Of a stretch of 64,000 nt of DNA, positions 1-12,549 are shown in pieces. The notes under the pieces were generated by a model that made no database searches, was not told where the DNA came from, and saw only the letters and a program-made list of their open reading frames with translations. Origin of the DNA: Pholidichthys leucotaenia (lineage: Eukaryota); contig CM035843.1 of the NCBI GenBank assembly GCA_020510985.1, positions 157,123,922 through 157,187,921 on the forward strand. Direction: 5' to 3'. A program made the translations under genes and the position numbers. The first letter of the stretch is position 1. Every line of letters begins with the position of its first letter.

Positions 1-12
1 CAATTGACTTTG

Positions 13-632
13 TGTGTACAGTAGTTATGTCAATAAACACATGCATAAAGTTTGAAATGCAACAGTCTCACCCTTTCCCCGGCGCACTTCATTCATTTAC
101 AATAGTGTGTGTGTAATCCATGTAAGCTGTATATAACTATAAAGGATGAGATTTGCATTTTGGACATAAAATATGTATTTGTCGAGTCTAATATGATCTG
201 CTTTCAACTGACAGGTGACCATGGCTACCTACTAAATAGGTTCATGTTGGCTTCTTTTTCGTGACTGTTTTCCTTTATTCAACCAGCTGATCCACCCGGC
301 TGGTCACAAATCACAGTGATCAGCTGACGCTTCTGAGGATGACTGCAGACGTCAGTGGAAACATGTCAAGGTTAAATAAACAACTCCTTCTTATCCCTGT
401 CTGAATAAAGGAAACAATAAACTAATCTTATAGGGGCTGTGACAGGCTTTTGAATTCCCTGTATCTGGCGCTAATGCTGAAGAATAAGAACCAAGCAAAA
501 TGTTTTTACGTGCCTCTACCTCATTCAGGAGCACCTCCAATTCATAGTCCATGAAATTCCATTAAATCTATTATTTTTGATCGTGGATACAGGAGAATCA
601 AATGTGCAACGCTTGTATATATCTATTTGCAT
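13..632 (+). repeat. Segmental repeat R, proximal copy. Its inverted counterpart is 38369-38880 plus 25078-25208
   Basis: 13-60 is near-identical to the reverse complement of 38821-38880. 300-420 is about 90% identical to the reverse complement of 38440-38560. 490-632 matches the reverse complement of 25078-25200. No coding signal. Confidence 0.7.
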
Positions 633-957
633 ATACAGGGTAGATGCTGCACGGTGGCGCAGTGGTTAGCACCGCAGCAGCACAGTTTACCCTCGGCCGG
701 GGGATCGCGGGGATCATGAGATCGTGGTTCGATCCCTGCCCCCGGCCAACAGTGATCTGTGTGGACTTTGCATGTTCTCCCCGTGTTTGCATGGGTTTAC
801 TCCGGGATTTCTCCGGTTTCCTCCCACATGCTAAAAACATGCAGGTTAGGGAGTTAAGGGGCGCTTGCGCACGCAGCGACCGGCAGCCGGTGGCTTGTCA
901 CCGGACTGCAGAACGAATCTACCTACGGGTACAAAATAAGTTAAAAAAAAAAAAAAA
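633..957 (+). mobile_element. tRNA-derived SINE (teleost SINE core) with poly-A tail
   Basis: tRNA-like head 'ggtggcgcagtggttagcac...ggttcgatccc'. Conserved teleost SINE core 'tttgcatgttctccccgtgtttgcatgggtttactccgg...ctcccacatgctaaaaacatgcaggttagg'. A15 tail at 943-957. Flanked by about 8-bp direct repeats 'atttgcat' (625-632 and 959-966). The paralogous R copy (reverse complement of 23400-23430) lacks the insertion, so it is the empty site. Confidence 0.8.
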
Positions 958-960
958 GAT

Positions 961-1190
961 TTGCATCTAATTGCATATTCAAAAGGAGGCGTGTCAAGGG
1001 AGGAGCCCGGTATTTCCTGCATTCAATTTCAAATAGATTGGAATGTACAAAGGAAATGTGCTTGTATTCCTGCGTACGCACGGTTTCATACATCTGGATT
1101 TTTAAAAATTTTTTCTTTTGCTTGCGACGTCATCTTTCAGTAGGAAATCCATGCAAGTCTTTGTACATGAGGCCCCTGGAGTTTCATGGT
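961..1190 (+). repeat. Repeat R, distal part. Inverted counterpart at 23200-23425; terminus motif recurs at 44897-44925
   Basis: 961-1190 aligns to the reverse complement of 23200-23425 ('gtgtcaagggaggag...ctttgtacatgaggcccctgg'). The terminal 25-mer 'ctttgtacatgaggcccctgg' occurs a third time at 44903-44925, which suggests the end of an unclassified repeat. Confidence 0.55.
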
Positions 1191-1351
1191 GTACAGAGTG
1201 TTATGTTGGTAGTAGGAGCCAAGGACGAGACTGAGTGTAGAACTGGACACATGTTTATTAGTGACGCCTTCTTACAATACATAGACACCTGCTAGGCAGG
1301 GAGGAGGCCAAGAGAACGCCACTCCTTTTCACTGCCCTTTTATACCCTGAC

Positions 1352-1692
1352 CCATCCATCTTCTTCCGCTTCATCCTTTTCGGGTCGCGGGGGGCTGGAG
1401 CCCATCCCAGCATCTTTGGGTGAGAGGCAGGGTACACCCTGGACAGATCGCCAGTCCATCGCAAGGCCAACACAGAGAGACAGACAACCATTCACTCTCA
1501 CAGTCATACCTAAGGACAATTTAGAATCCCCAGTTTGATGCCAATTAACCTAACTTGCATGTTTTTTGGCATGTGGGAGGAAACCGGAGAAGTCCCGGAG
1601 TAAACCCACGCAGACACGGGGAGAACATACAAACTCCACACAGATCACTGTTGGTCGGGGGCTGGGATCGAACCCAGGATCCCCTGACCGGT
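1352..1692 (-). mobile_element. tRNA-derived SINE, 5'-truncated, same core as 633-957 but a different tail
   Basis: Reverse complement carries 'ggttcgatcccagcccccgaccaacagtgatctgtgtggagtttg.atgttctccccgtgtctgcgtgggtttactccgg...cccacatgccaaaaaacatgcaagttagg', then the common teleost tail '...gtgaatggttgtctgtctctctgtgttggccttgcgatggactggcgatctgtccagggtgtaccctgcc...gatgaagcggaagaagatggatgg'. Confidence 0.75.
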
Positions 1693-1904
1693 GTCACACA
1701 ATAAAGGCCCAGCGCAACACAGAGGCGTTGTAGTTCATAAGTTCATCCACAGGAGGGCGGTGCAGTTCCATGGTGGTTCTGCAGCAACTCATGCTAATGA
1801 CCGGAAAAGAGGAGACCTGGGTCAAGCGACAAACACAAACACCACTGCCTCATTTACCATGGGGTAGACACGACAAACAACAAGGAAGTTATACGTTTGG
1901 TAAA

Positions 1905-2095
1905 AACACGTTATAAATTTACAAGAAACATTGTAAATTTTTTTTGTAAATTTGCATTTTTTTTTTCTGATAGGCTACACTTGAAACTTTTTCCTTCTTT
2001 TTTTCCTTTTTTCTTGTAATTTTTTTTCTCTTAAATGTGATGCTTTTCTTCTAAATTTGCAACTTTTTGTTGTAACTTTGCAACATTCATATGGA
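1905..2095 (-). repeat. Minisatellite array (unit 'ttgcaac(t)n..ataaatttgc' family), short block
   Basis: T-rich tandem units 'tttgcaactttttgttgtaactttgcaac' are related to the arrays at 4745-5830. Confidence 0.5.
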
Positions 2096-2689
2096 TGCTG
2101 GTTAAGTTTTATTCAGTGTAATCAGCAGTGATTGTTTTAGCGAGGAGGATGGTGGGTGTTCACCAGTTTAGCGTGAGGTTCAAATGTATAGATTGTAGAG
2201 GATGCCTTTCACAGACAAGACTGAGTTTATTTCTCAGGGTTGGTTTACTGAGAGGTCACATCCTCTAACAAGCACAGAATCTCAGAAAAGAGGAAGAGCA
2301 ATCGTCTCACACAGTTCTTATATTCTCCAAAGTCACAAATCCCCCAACATCAAATCACACACCCCCAACCCACAGTCCTTTAGTAAACATCCAGCCCCGA
2401 GGCTCCTTGGTGTCTCCATTGTCTCTTAACCTCCTAGCCTCCGGGGCTCCTGCTGGGACATTCTCTCCAACTTCCCATCTCCTGCAAGGCCAACTTCACA
2501 CCTCCCGTAGGTCCCTGCAGGGTCAGGTCCTCTTTGTCCATTAAGACGTGAAGCTTCTAGAATATGCACCGTCATGCCTACTAGGTGTATGTGGGGAATA
2601 TGGATACAATATATGCGCCCTAAATATGCCCCATAAGATGTAAATTAGCTACAAACTTGGAAGAATAAAAGTGCAAAGATATGATAAAG

Positions 2690-3705
2690 GATGCCAGTTT
2701 TTTCAAGTTGCAAATTACAATTTAATTACACAGAAGAAAGCATCCAGATGCAAATTTACAAGACAAAGTTGAACATTTACAGAAAAAAATAAACTTTTGA
2801 GAAAAAGCTGCAAATTTATAAGAGAAAAGTAGCAAATTTATGAGAAAAAAGAAAATTTACATTAAAAAAATGCCAATTTTTGACAGAAAAAGTTGCAATT
2901 TTATGGGAAAAAAAAGTCACAATTTTTTAATAAAAAAGTTGCAAATTTACCAGAAAAAAAATGACAATGTATGGGGAAAAAGCTGCAAATTTAAAAGAAC
3001 AAGATAGTGAATTTATGTAAAAAAAATGTAATTTTTTTGACAAAAAAGTCACAAATTTATGAGGGAAAAAGGTAGCAAATTGTTGAGGAAAACGTCACAA
3101 AATTACAAGAAAAATAGCAAATTTATGTGAAAAAGTTGCAATATTTTGCGAATAAAGTCACAAATTTATGAGGGAAAAGGTTGTAAATTCTTGAGGAAAA
3201 CGTCGCAAAATTAGAACAAAAAATTGCAAAATTATGTGAAAAAAGTTGACAATTTTTGACAAAAAGTCACAGATTAATGAGAAAAAAGTTACAAGTTTAT
3301 GAGAAAAAATGAAACTTTACAGGAAAAAAACTGCAAATTTACAAAAAAATTGAAAATTTATGAAAAAAGTCAAATTTTTTAGCAAAAAAATTGCAGATTT
3401 ATGAGAATATAAGTCACAAATTTATGAGGAAAAAAGTTGCAAGTTGTTGAGGAAAAAGTCACTTTTTTTTTGCAAATTTATGTGAAAAAGTTGAAAATTT
3501 CTGAGAAAAAAGCCACAAATTTAAGAGAAAAAAATGAAACTTTACAAGAAAAAAATGCAAATTTATGAGAAAAAGGTCAATTTTCAAGAAAAAAAACAGC
3601 AAAGTTATGAAATGTCACACATTTTTTTAGGAAAAAATTGCAGATCTATGAGGGGAAAGTAGTCACATTTTGTTAAAAAAAACAGCGTTGCAGAGCTACA
3701 AGTTT
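2690..3705 (+). repeat. Minisatellite array, A-rich orientation. About 20-bp unit 'gttgcaaatttatgagaaaaa' with an about 120-bp higher-order repeat
   Basis: More than 40 tandem units. Blocks 3050-3167 and 3168-3285 repeat as a unit of about 118 bp ('gtcacaaatttatgagggaaaa.g.t.g.aaatt.ttgaggaaaacgtc.caaaatta...'). Confidence 0.85.
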
Positions 3706-4744
3706 TTTTTTTATTATTTCCGCTTAGAATTGATCGCTGAGAGTCATGTTAGTTTTGCAAATATATGGAAAGATTTGACACTATTCGAGAAAAACGCAAA
3801 TTTTTAACAATTTTCCAAAATAAGAGCGTTGACCATTGAGCGCTAGGGTCAGACTTTTATTCTGAAAAGCCAACCGGAAGCTCAAACGCTATAGCTAACT
3901 TAACGCTAACTGATAAGCACCGAGTAGACGCAGTTTTTCTCGGTCTTCACCATTGTTGTGTTTTCTCTGGACTTTTCCCAACAGATTGTCAGCGACAGAA
4001 CCTCTGACAGCAGAGCGAGAGTTTGGACCCGGTTCGGACGGTAACATAAACCTCAGCCTCTTCACCAAACCGCACAAAAATGACGTATTTCATCACACTA
4101 TTAAAGTTTGTGTCTGACACGGCGGCTCACTGAGCTGACGTGGTAGAATTGTTAGTAGCTTCATGGGATTTGTTCAGTGAAAATGACGAGCTGTTCAGCT
4201 TTCATTAGTGCCGAGAGCTGGAATTTACATCAGGTTGGGCTCACTTCCGCGTTTATGCGCAGGTTACTCTGATGTCAACTAAGGAGGAAGCGCTGACATC
4301 AGCGCCGCTTCGACGGCTTCGCCCATCGCAACCCGGAGCAAAGGTCTGCTGGACACTCCGTACCTGCGTAAACCAAAATGTTGTGGTGGTTTATTTTTGA
4401 TATCAAAATGTGACGCAAAACAGAAAAAAGAATTGACAACAACAGACATTTCTGATCGGACCATATAAGGCTGCTACTGCAGTCAAAGCAGCAGCTTTAT
4501 ACAGTATGTTGCGGTCAGAAATCCACATTTTCTTTGGTCTTTGATGACGCAGCTGCGGAAGTGGGAGGGAGTGCCGGGGGTGCGGAGTGTCCTGATACGG
4601 GCGAAAGAGCGGTGTCCCCTCGTGTCATCAGAACGCTTGAAGTTACGGAACTGAATAACATGATTTTGAACCAGTGATTCTAAGCAGAAATGCAAAAACA
4701 AAACAACTCTTTAAACTTTCCCCCCCCCCCCCAAGATTAGCAAC
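3706..4744. other. Unique about 1-kb core flanked by inverted minisatellite arrays. CpG-containing, with CRE-like palindromes
   Basis: No tandem structure. Contains 'gagctgacgtgg' (about 4133-4144) and 'gctgacatcagcgc' (about 4293-4306). Only short ORFs; no recognisable domain. Confidence 0.5.
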
Positions 4745-5830
4745 TTTTTTCTGAAATTTTTCCTCATAAAATTGCAGTTTTTCTTGTAAATCTGCAACAT
4801 TTTTCCTGTAAATTTTTCGTTTTTTTTAAAACAAATTTGCAACTTTTTTCACATAAATTTGGGATTTTTTTTCTCAAAAATTAGCAACGTTTTTCATAAA
4901 TTAAAAAAAAACAACTATTTTTTAAAGTGGCATCTTTTATCTTAGCATCTTTATTCTTGCAAATTTCTAGATTTGCATTTCTTTCCTAAAAAAATCTTAG
5001 CTTTTTTCCCCTCATAGATTTACAACTTTATTCTCAAAATTTGCAGCTTTTAGTTTGCAGCTTTTTCCTGTAAATTTTCAACTTTTTTCTCATAAATTTG
5101 CCAAGTTTTTCAAAGATGTGCTTTTTTCTCAAAAATGTGCATTTTTTTTCATAAATTTGCAAAAAGAATTAAGTTTAATTTTCAGTTTTCTCCTGAAAAA
5201 TTTTCTCATAGATTTGCAGGTTTTTTTCCTCAAAAATGTGCGTGTTTTTCACATAAATCTGTGATTTTTTTTCTCAAAACTTTTCATCTTTTTTCCCCAC
5301 ATAAATTTAAAACAATTTTCCTGTAACTGTTCAACTTTTTTTCAAAAATTTGCAACTTTTTTCATAAACTGGAAAAACAAAAACCTTTTTTCTTGGAAAT
5401 TTTCTACCGTAAATTTTCAGCTTGTTTTTTTCTTACAGATTTGCATTTCTTTCCTAAAAAAATCAGCTTTTTTCTCTCATAGATTTGCATATTTTTTTCT
5501 CATAAGTTTGCAACATTTTCCTGTAAATTTTCATTTTTGTCATGAATTTGCAACTTTTTTCTTATTAATTTTCAATTTTTTTTCTCAGTGTACTTTTTTT
5601 CATAAATTTTCACAAAAAGGCTTAATAATTTTCAAATTTCTCTTGAAAAATTTTTCCTCATAGTTTTGCATTTTTTCTCCAAATTTCATTTTTTTCCTCA
5701 AAAAATTTCCATCCTTTTTATGTAAATTTGCAACTTTGTTTCATAGATTTGTGATTTTTTCTCATAAATTTGTAAAGTTTTTTCTCATATTTGTTTCTTT
5801 TTTCCTGTAAATTTTAGTGTTATCATATTT
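4745..5830 (-). repeat. Minisatellite array, same family as 2690-3705 in inverted (T-rich) orientation
   Basis: Units 'ttttctcataaatttgcaac' are the reverse complement of the 2690-3705 unit. ORFs 5055-5326 in the track are low-complexity artefacts. Confidence 0.85.
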
Positions 5831-6039
5831 TCACTTTTAGCCCATAAGAACCTAGACTCTCCAAGGAAAATTATGGGGGACTGGGTTCTTAAGAGTTAAT
5901 GTGACATGTATCATACACAGCTGAATAACAAAAAAAAAACAAGTGGTTGCATAAGTTTGCACACCCATAAACTAATTGTCCATTGCAGAGCCTCTTGATT
6001 TAATCACAGCTTTCAGTCTTTTTGGGTCAGAGTCTGTTA

Positions 6040-6240
6040 CCACCGTCACTGTGTTTACACACGTGTGCATGCAATGTAAAACCAAATGACTTCACCAGAA
6101 TGAAAATGAAGTCTTGGAGTGACCCAGACTGAAATCCAACTGAAAATCTGTGGGCTGTGCACCAGGGATGTGCCCGTTTAAGGGCGTGCACACTTATAAC
6201 GCAGGAAAATCAGCTGGTAATTGTGATGCAAATGAGCATC
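6040..6240 (+). pseudogene. Degraded Tc1-like transposase fragment
   Basis: 'agtcttggagtgacccagactgaaatccaactgaaaatctgtgggc' is a decayed version of the transposase C-terminal motif '[17 protein letters not shown]'. Confidence 0.4.
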
Positions 6241-6260
6241 TATCTCTCTCTCCCTGACAG

Positions 6261-6388
6261 CCATGGGTGTGTTTGAGGCGTGCTCGGTGCTCCTGGAGCT
6301 GAAGAACCTGCCTTTTAAGGAGAAGAAGAATCTGAAGTCAGCCGTGGTGGAGAATGGAGGCCTCCTCTCCTTTGTGGTCAATAAACAG
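6261..6388 (+). CDS. Host coding exon, N-terminal half of a BRCT-like domain
   Basis: Polypyrimidine tract plus AG acceptor ('tctctctccctgacag|CC') and 'CAG|gtcaga' donor. Translation MGVFEACSVLLELKNLPFKEKKNLKSAVVENGGLLSFVVNKQ has the BRCT-like pattern hydrophobic..GG..hydrophobic. Ends in phase 0. Confidence 0.6.
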
Positions 6389-6509
6389 GTCAGAGGCTGG
6401 GACTGGGGAGAAAAAAAACCAAACAAACAACAAAACACATATTTGACCAAAAATATCTGCAGGCAGCCTTAAAAAATAAAGACGAGACACACAATGAACA
6501 AAAGTTTTA

Positions 6510-8123
<1,614 letters not shown>

Positions 8124-8444
8124 TATATGTGTGACTTTTCATAAATTAGTGATATTTTTTTTTTTTTAACTTTTTTTCTCAAAAAATTGTAAGAAAAAAG
8201 TCACAAATGTATGAGAAAAGTTGATGGTAATTTTAAGTTTCTCCCTGCAAAAAATGTTGAGGGTGACCTTGTATCTTGGAGGCCTCCTAGCATTTGCGTA
8301 TTTTGCTGTATAGACAGAAACGTCTTTGAGCTGGACTTGTTGTAGCTACTCTGATAGAACGCCTCCTGATCCAAGTCGTATAAAATCAAACTGACACAGA
8401 CAGAAATAAGCAGGCGTCACTCTTGCTTCTTCCTCGTCCCACAG

Positions 8445-8637
8445 TGCTCTCTGATAGTGACCAGCGACGTGTCCAGCCTGAGCTCCAACAGGCTGCGCAG
8501 CATCCAGAAGCACCAGACGCCTGTGGTCGGCGTGGATTACGTCTACAAGTGTCTGGAACAGGGAACGCTGCTGCCGGTGGACGAATACAAGTTGGACACC
8601 TCCACTCCAGCGGAGATGGCTCCACTCACACTGCAAG
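8445..8637 (+). CDS. Host coding exon, C-terminal half of a BRCT-like domain
   Basis: 'cttcctcgtcccacag|TGC' acceptor and 'CAAG|gtactg' donor. Phase 0 start, compatible with exon 6261-6388. Translation CSLIVTSDVSSLSSNRLRSIQKHQTPVVGVDYVYKCLEQGTLLPVDEYKL matches the BRCT C-terminal consensus (THLI..........P.V...W...C......L....Y.L). Confidence 0.6.
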
Positions 8638-8699
8638 GTACTGTATCACTCTTATTAAATTAGACAGCTGTCTATGTTTTATTATATTGAGCTTGTGGT

Positions 8700-9170
8700 G
8701 GGGATTAAATTTGCACTTTTTTCTTAATTTATGACTTTTTCCTTATAGATGTGCAACAGTTTCTTATAAATTTGCAGCTTTTTTCTTTAAAAAATTGTCA
8801 CTTTCTTCTCGCATAAATTTGCAATTTTTTTCTTAAAAATGTGTGACTTTTTTCTTCATAAATCTGCAGCTTTTTCTCATAGATTTGCAACATTTTCTCA
8901 TTTGCAAATATTAAAAATTTGTGCTTTTTTCCTCATAAATTTGCAAGTTTCTCTCAAAAATTTTACTGTTTTTCTCAGAAATCTGCAACATTTTCTTGTA
9001 TATTTGTAACTTTTTTTCTTATAAATTTATTTTTTTTTTGTAGATTTGCAGTTTTTTCCCCATTAATTTGCAACTTTTTCCTCTAACTTTTTTCATGTAC
9101 ATTTTCAACTTTTTTCATACATTTGCACTTTTTTCTCATAGATTTGCAACTTTTTTCTGTAAATTTTCAT
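8700..9170 (-). repeat. Minisatellite array, same family as 4745-5830
   Basis: Tandem 'ttgcaacttttttctcataaatttgca' units. Confidence 0.8.
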
Positions 9171-9235
9171 CTTTCAAGGAAAATATGCAGTTGGTATATT
9201 TATAGATTTTAGAAAAGCATTTGATACAATAAATC

Positions 9236-9428
9236 AGAGGTGTCCAGTCATGTGCCATGGAGGGCCAAGACCCTGCAGGCTTTACCTCCAGCCAGTGTCT
9301 TCAGCAGCAGATTCCACTGAATTTCTTCCCACTGATTGCTGATAAGTGAAAACACCTGCTGAAGAGGCTGGGTAGAAGAGAAAACCTGCAGGGTCTTGGC
9401 CCTCCTTGGCACATGATTGGACACCCCT
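9236..9428. mobile_element. MITE of about 190 bp with about 45-bp terminal inverted repeats, inserted in the CR1-like RT
   Basis: Repeats 'ggtgtccagtcatgtgccatggagggccaagaccctgcagg' (9239-) and reverse complement 'cctgcagggtcttggccctccttggcacatgattggacacc' (-9425). Flanked by a direct repeat 'aataaatca' (9227-9235 and 9429-9437) that interrupts the codons 'AFDTINHSIL'. Confidence 0.75.
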
Positions 9429-11237
9429 GCAATAAATCATTCAATACTTTCTGATAAACTGCAATTGTATGGTATTGGGGGAGTGGCACTGAATTGGGTT
9501 ACAAGTTATTTATCTGAGAGAACAGTTTCTGAAGATGGGAGAATATCTGTCTGGATGTATGGGAATTGCCTGTGGGGTCCCCCAGGGGTCAGTATTGGGC
9601 CCCAAATTATTTAACGTATATATAAATGATATATTCCAAGTTTCTAAATTATTAAAAATTATATTATTTGCTGGTGATACTAATATATTTTATTAATATA
9701 TTTTATTATGGAAATAATTATAAGGAGCTAATCCATACATTAAATAATGAATTAAATAAGCTAAAAAATGGATGATAGTAATAAATTATCACTAAATATA
9801 GATAAAACTAATGTAATGATATTTGGTAATTGGAAAAATAAAGAAGATATGCATATTCATATAGATAATGTAATTACTGAAAATGTTACAGATCAAATTT
9901 TGGAGTGTAATACTAGATGATAAAATTAGTTGGAAACCACACATCAGATACATACAAAACAAAGTGGCAAAAAATACCACAATTATAAATAAAATTAAGC
10001 AAGTCCTAGATTACAAATCACTTCATATCTTGTATTGCTCATTAGTACTTCCATACTTGACCTATTGTATAGAGGTCTTGGGTAACAATTATAAAAGTAT
10101 ACTTAATTCATTGCTAATATTACAAAAAAAGGCAGTCCATGTTATACGCAAAGTCGGGTATCTTGAACATACTAATTTATTGTTTTTACATTCAAAGTTA
10201 TTGAAATTACAGGATCTAGTTGATTATTATGCAGCACAGTCAATGTTTAAAGTCAGTAACACTTTTTGCCACACAATATACAAAATCTTTTTAGTCTAGA
10301 GAGAAGGGATATACCATTCACGGGGAATACAAAATTTAAAATGCACCTAGTAAGATCTACTTGGAAAAGTTTTTGTATGTCTGTGTATGGGGTAAAATTG
10401 TGCAATGGGTTGGGGGAGAAACACAAATGTCCAAACATCCATATATTTAAATCAACATATAAATAAATGATTTTTGAACAATATAAAGATAAAGGACAGT
10501 AATATTACAATGTGTCTTTAATGAAGAAAGGTTGTTATTGTTGAATATATATGCGGAGTACTATTGTTATTATTGATATTATCATTATTATTACTAGAAT
10601 TTTACAACTCTATTTTAGTATTGTGATTGTTGTTTAGGATGGAATTATTAAAAGTAATATATATGCTGAGTGGTATTATTAATTTTATTATTATTATTGT
10701 TGTTGTTATTGTAACTACTGTGTGGCTGTTATTATGGTTATTACTACAGTATATGGTTACTTATTGTACCTACATAGGTATTGTAAGCCATGTGGGGGTA
10801 TATGGTGGTATTTATGGTGATTATGATGATGATAATATTGTCTATAATTATATTAAATGTACCAGAAGTATTTATTTATTATTATTACAATTGTTATTGG
10901 ATGTTGGTATTGTCGTCATTATAAATTATCATTGTATTATTTCTACTCCATAATTTAATTATAAGATGCATTATATATTATGGTATTGTATAATGAATGT
11001 AATCATGGAATGGATAGTGACTTTGGTGATAATATTATAATTTATTGAGTATGGAGAAGGGGTGGGGCTATATAAGCGTTGGCTTCTTCCCACTCCTTTT
11101 GAACAAGGACATTTTTGTTATGTTATTTTTTGGGTTGATTCCTTGTTTTTAATTTTTTTTTTTTGTCTTGATGATCAAATCAGTCAAATCTTTTTTCTAA
11201 AAAAAAAAAAAATCAATTTCTTACCTTTAAATTTTCA

Positions 11238-11262
11238 GCTTTTTTTTTTTTTTTTTTTTTTA
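11238..11262. repeat. Poly-T homopolymer
   Basis: About 25 T in a row. Confidence 0.9.
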
Positions 11263-12132
11263 ATTTGCACTGCTCATCTGGTTGCTGGTGGTTTTATTCA
11301 CTGTGTCATCATCATCATCATCATCATCATCATCTATGAGGAAATGAGATGCTGATGAACAGGCCGGTTCTCCCACACACTGACTCATAATTAATCTGTT
11401 GCTGCCTTCCCACTAACTCTCAGTGGATATAACTGTACACTCTCATGTTTAACAACAGGGTTTTATGATTTTAAAAAGTGAGACCATGACAGATGACAGA
11501 TTGTTTCCAGACTTTTGCCACCTTCAGTGTGACCTCAAACCTGTACAGTTCAAGTGGAGAAAAACACAAAGAATACAAACAATGCAATGTATAGTTTAGG
11601 CCTTTATTCTAAGGTCACCAGACCCAGAAGAATTACATCTCATTGTGCTACACTTATTGATAGCATATTTTCAAATAATATGGATAATAACACAAAGTGG
11701 ATTAATCATCGATACTGGTGACCATCTGCTAATATTAAGTTTTTGACAATGATTACAGGAAAGAACTAGAAAAGCACTCGGACAGCGCAGGACCTCCGCC
11801 AAGTACCTCAGTTCCCCATAATATTGGGATTTTCCCCAAATATAATAGTCCTACATTTATTTTATCTATATTTTCAGATTCCTTGACCATCAAAACATAC
11901 CTTTAGCAACTGGATTCACATTGATATCTTTATTAGTTCAGTAGTTATTGACAAAAATCACTTTTTCGGTAATGGCAGTTTTCCTCTGGATATAGCTTCA
12001 TAGCTTTTGAAGATACAACAAATCCATTGACACGTCACTGATTCCTCAGTGTCTTGGCTATATTTTGGTGTTTGTTGTATGTTTATATCTTAATTTGTTA
12101 CCTTACAGTGATGAAAATTCCAAAGATCCCCT

Positions 12133-12546
12133 TGTGGGACACATATGTTGGTTTCATATGCTCCACAAATAGAATACTGTATGTATATTGTGTGCTGCAC
12201 GTCTCAGGGGAACAAAGGGACTGAGCCTCCTAGAGGTAATGGGAGGGTGTGAGATTTGGCCTTTTGTTTCAAGGAGATGGCCTTGAGAGATTTCCTGACC
12301 ACCGGAGACTAGGGGGTGGATGGTGTTAAGATCGGAGGAAGTTATATTGTGACTGGGATTAAGTACCATGTGACTGTATGTTTGATTAAACACCATGTGA
12401 CTGTAGTTTGATGTCCTAGGTATAAAAGGACAGATGTGAGAAGATTCATCCTCTTTTCCTGCTTTGAAATTGTTGGAGTATGTGATTGTGAATAAAGCTG
12501 AATCTGAGGAATAAACTCAGTCTCATCCTTCAACACATTCTCCACA
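12133..12546 (+). repeat. 5' LTR of copy 1
   Basis: Identical apart from a few SNPs to 16606-17019. Contains 'tataaaagg' at about 12420 and 'aataaagctg' at about 12485. Confidence 0.85.
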
Positions 12547-12549
12547 CTG

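Larger units (their letters stand above)
9170..11335 (+). mobile_element. CR1/Rex-like LINE, 5'-truncated and decayed (RT C-terminal half, long AT-rich 3'UTR, (cat)n tail)
   Basis: RT motifs '[41 protein letters not shown]'. ORF 9883-10299 carries the C-terminal 'ILDDKISWKPHI...LHILYCSLVLPYLTYCIEVLG...LQKKAVHVI' block. 3'UTR motif 'gggtggggctatataagcgttggcttc' (compare 29626-29655). (cat)n at 11300-11335. Confidence 0.6.

Noticed and set aside
5055-5326. ORFs of 60-70 aa in the six-frame track over the T-rich array (F/K-rich peptides)
   Set aside because: Low-complexity translation of satellite DNA. No start or stop context and no domain.
2690-5830. Regularly spaced direct repeats that superficially resemble a CRISPR array
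   Set aside because: The units are about 20 bp and A/T-rich, directly abutting with no unique spacers. They are organised as a higher-order satellite and occur in a eukaryotic transposon-dense context. This is a minisatellite, not CRISPR.
10627-11355. ORFs of 97-108 aa rich in I/V/L/Y
   Set aside because: They lie in (tta/ttg)n-type low-complexity LINE 3'UTR and microsatellite sequence. Compositional artefact.
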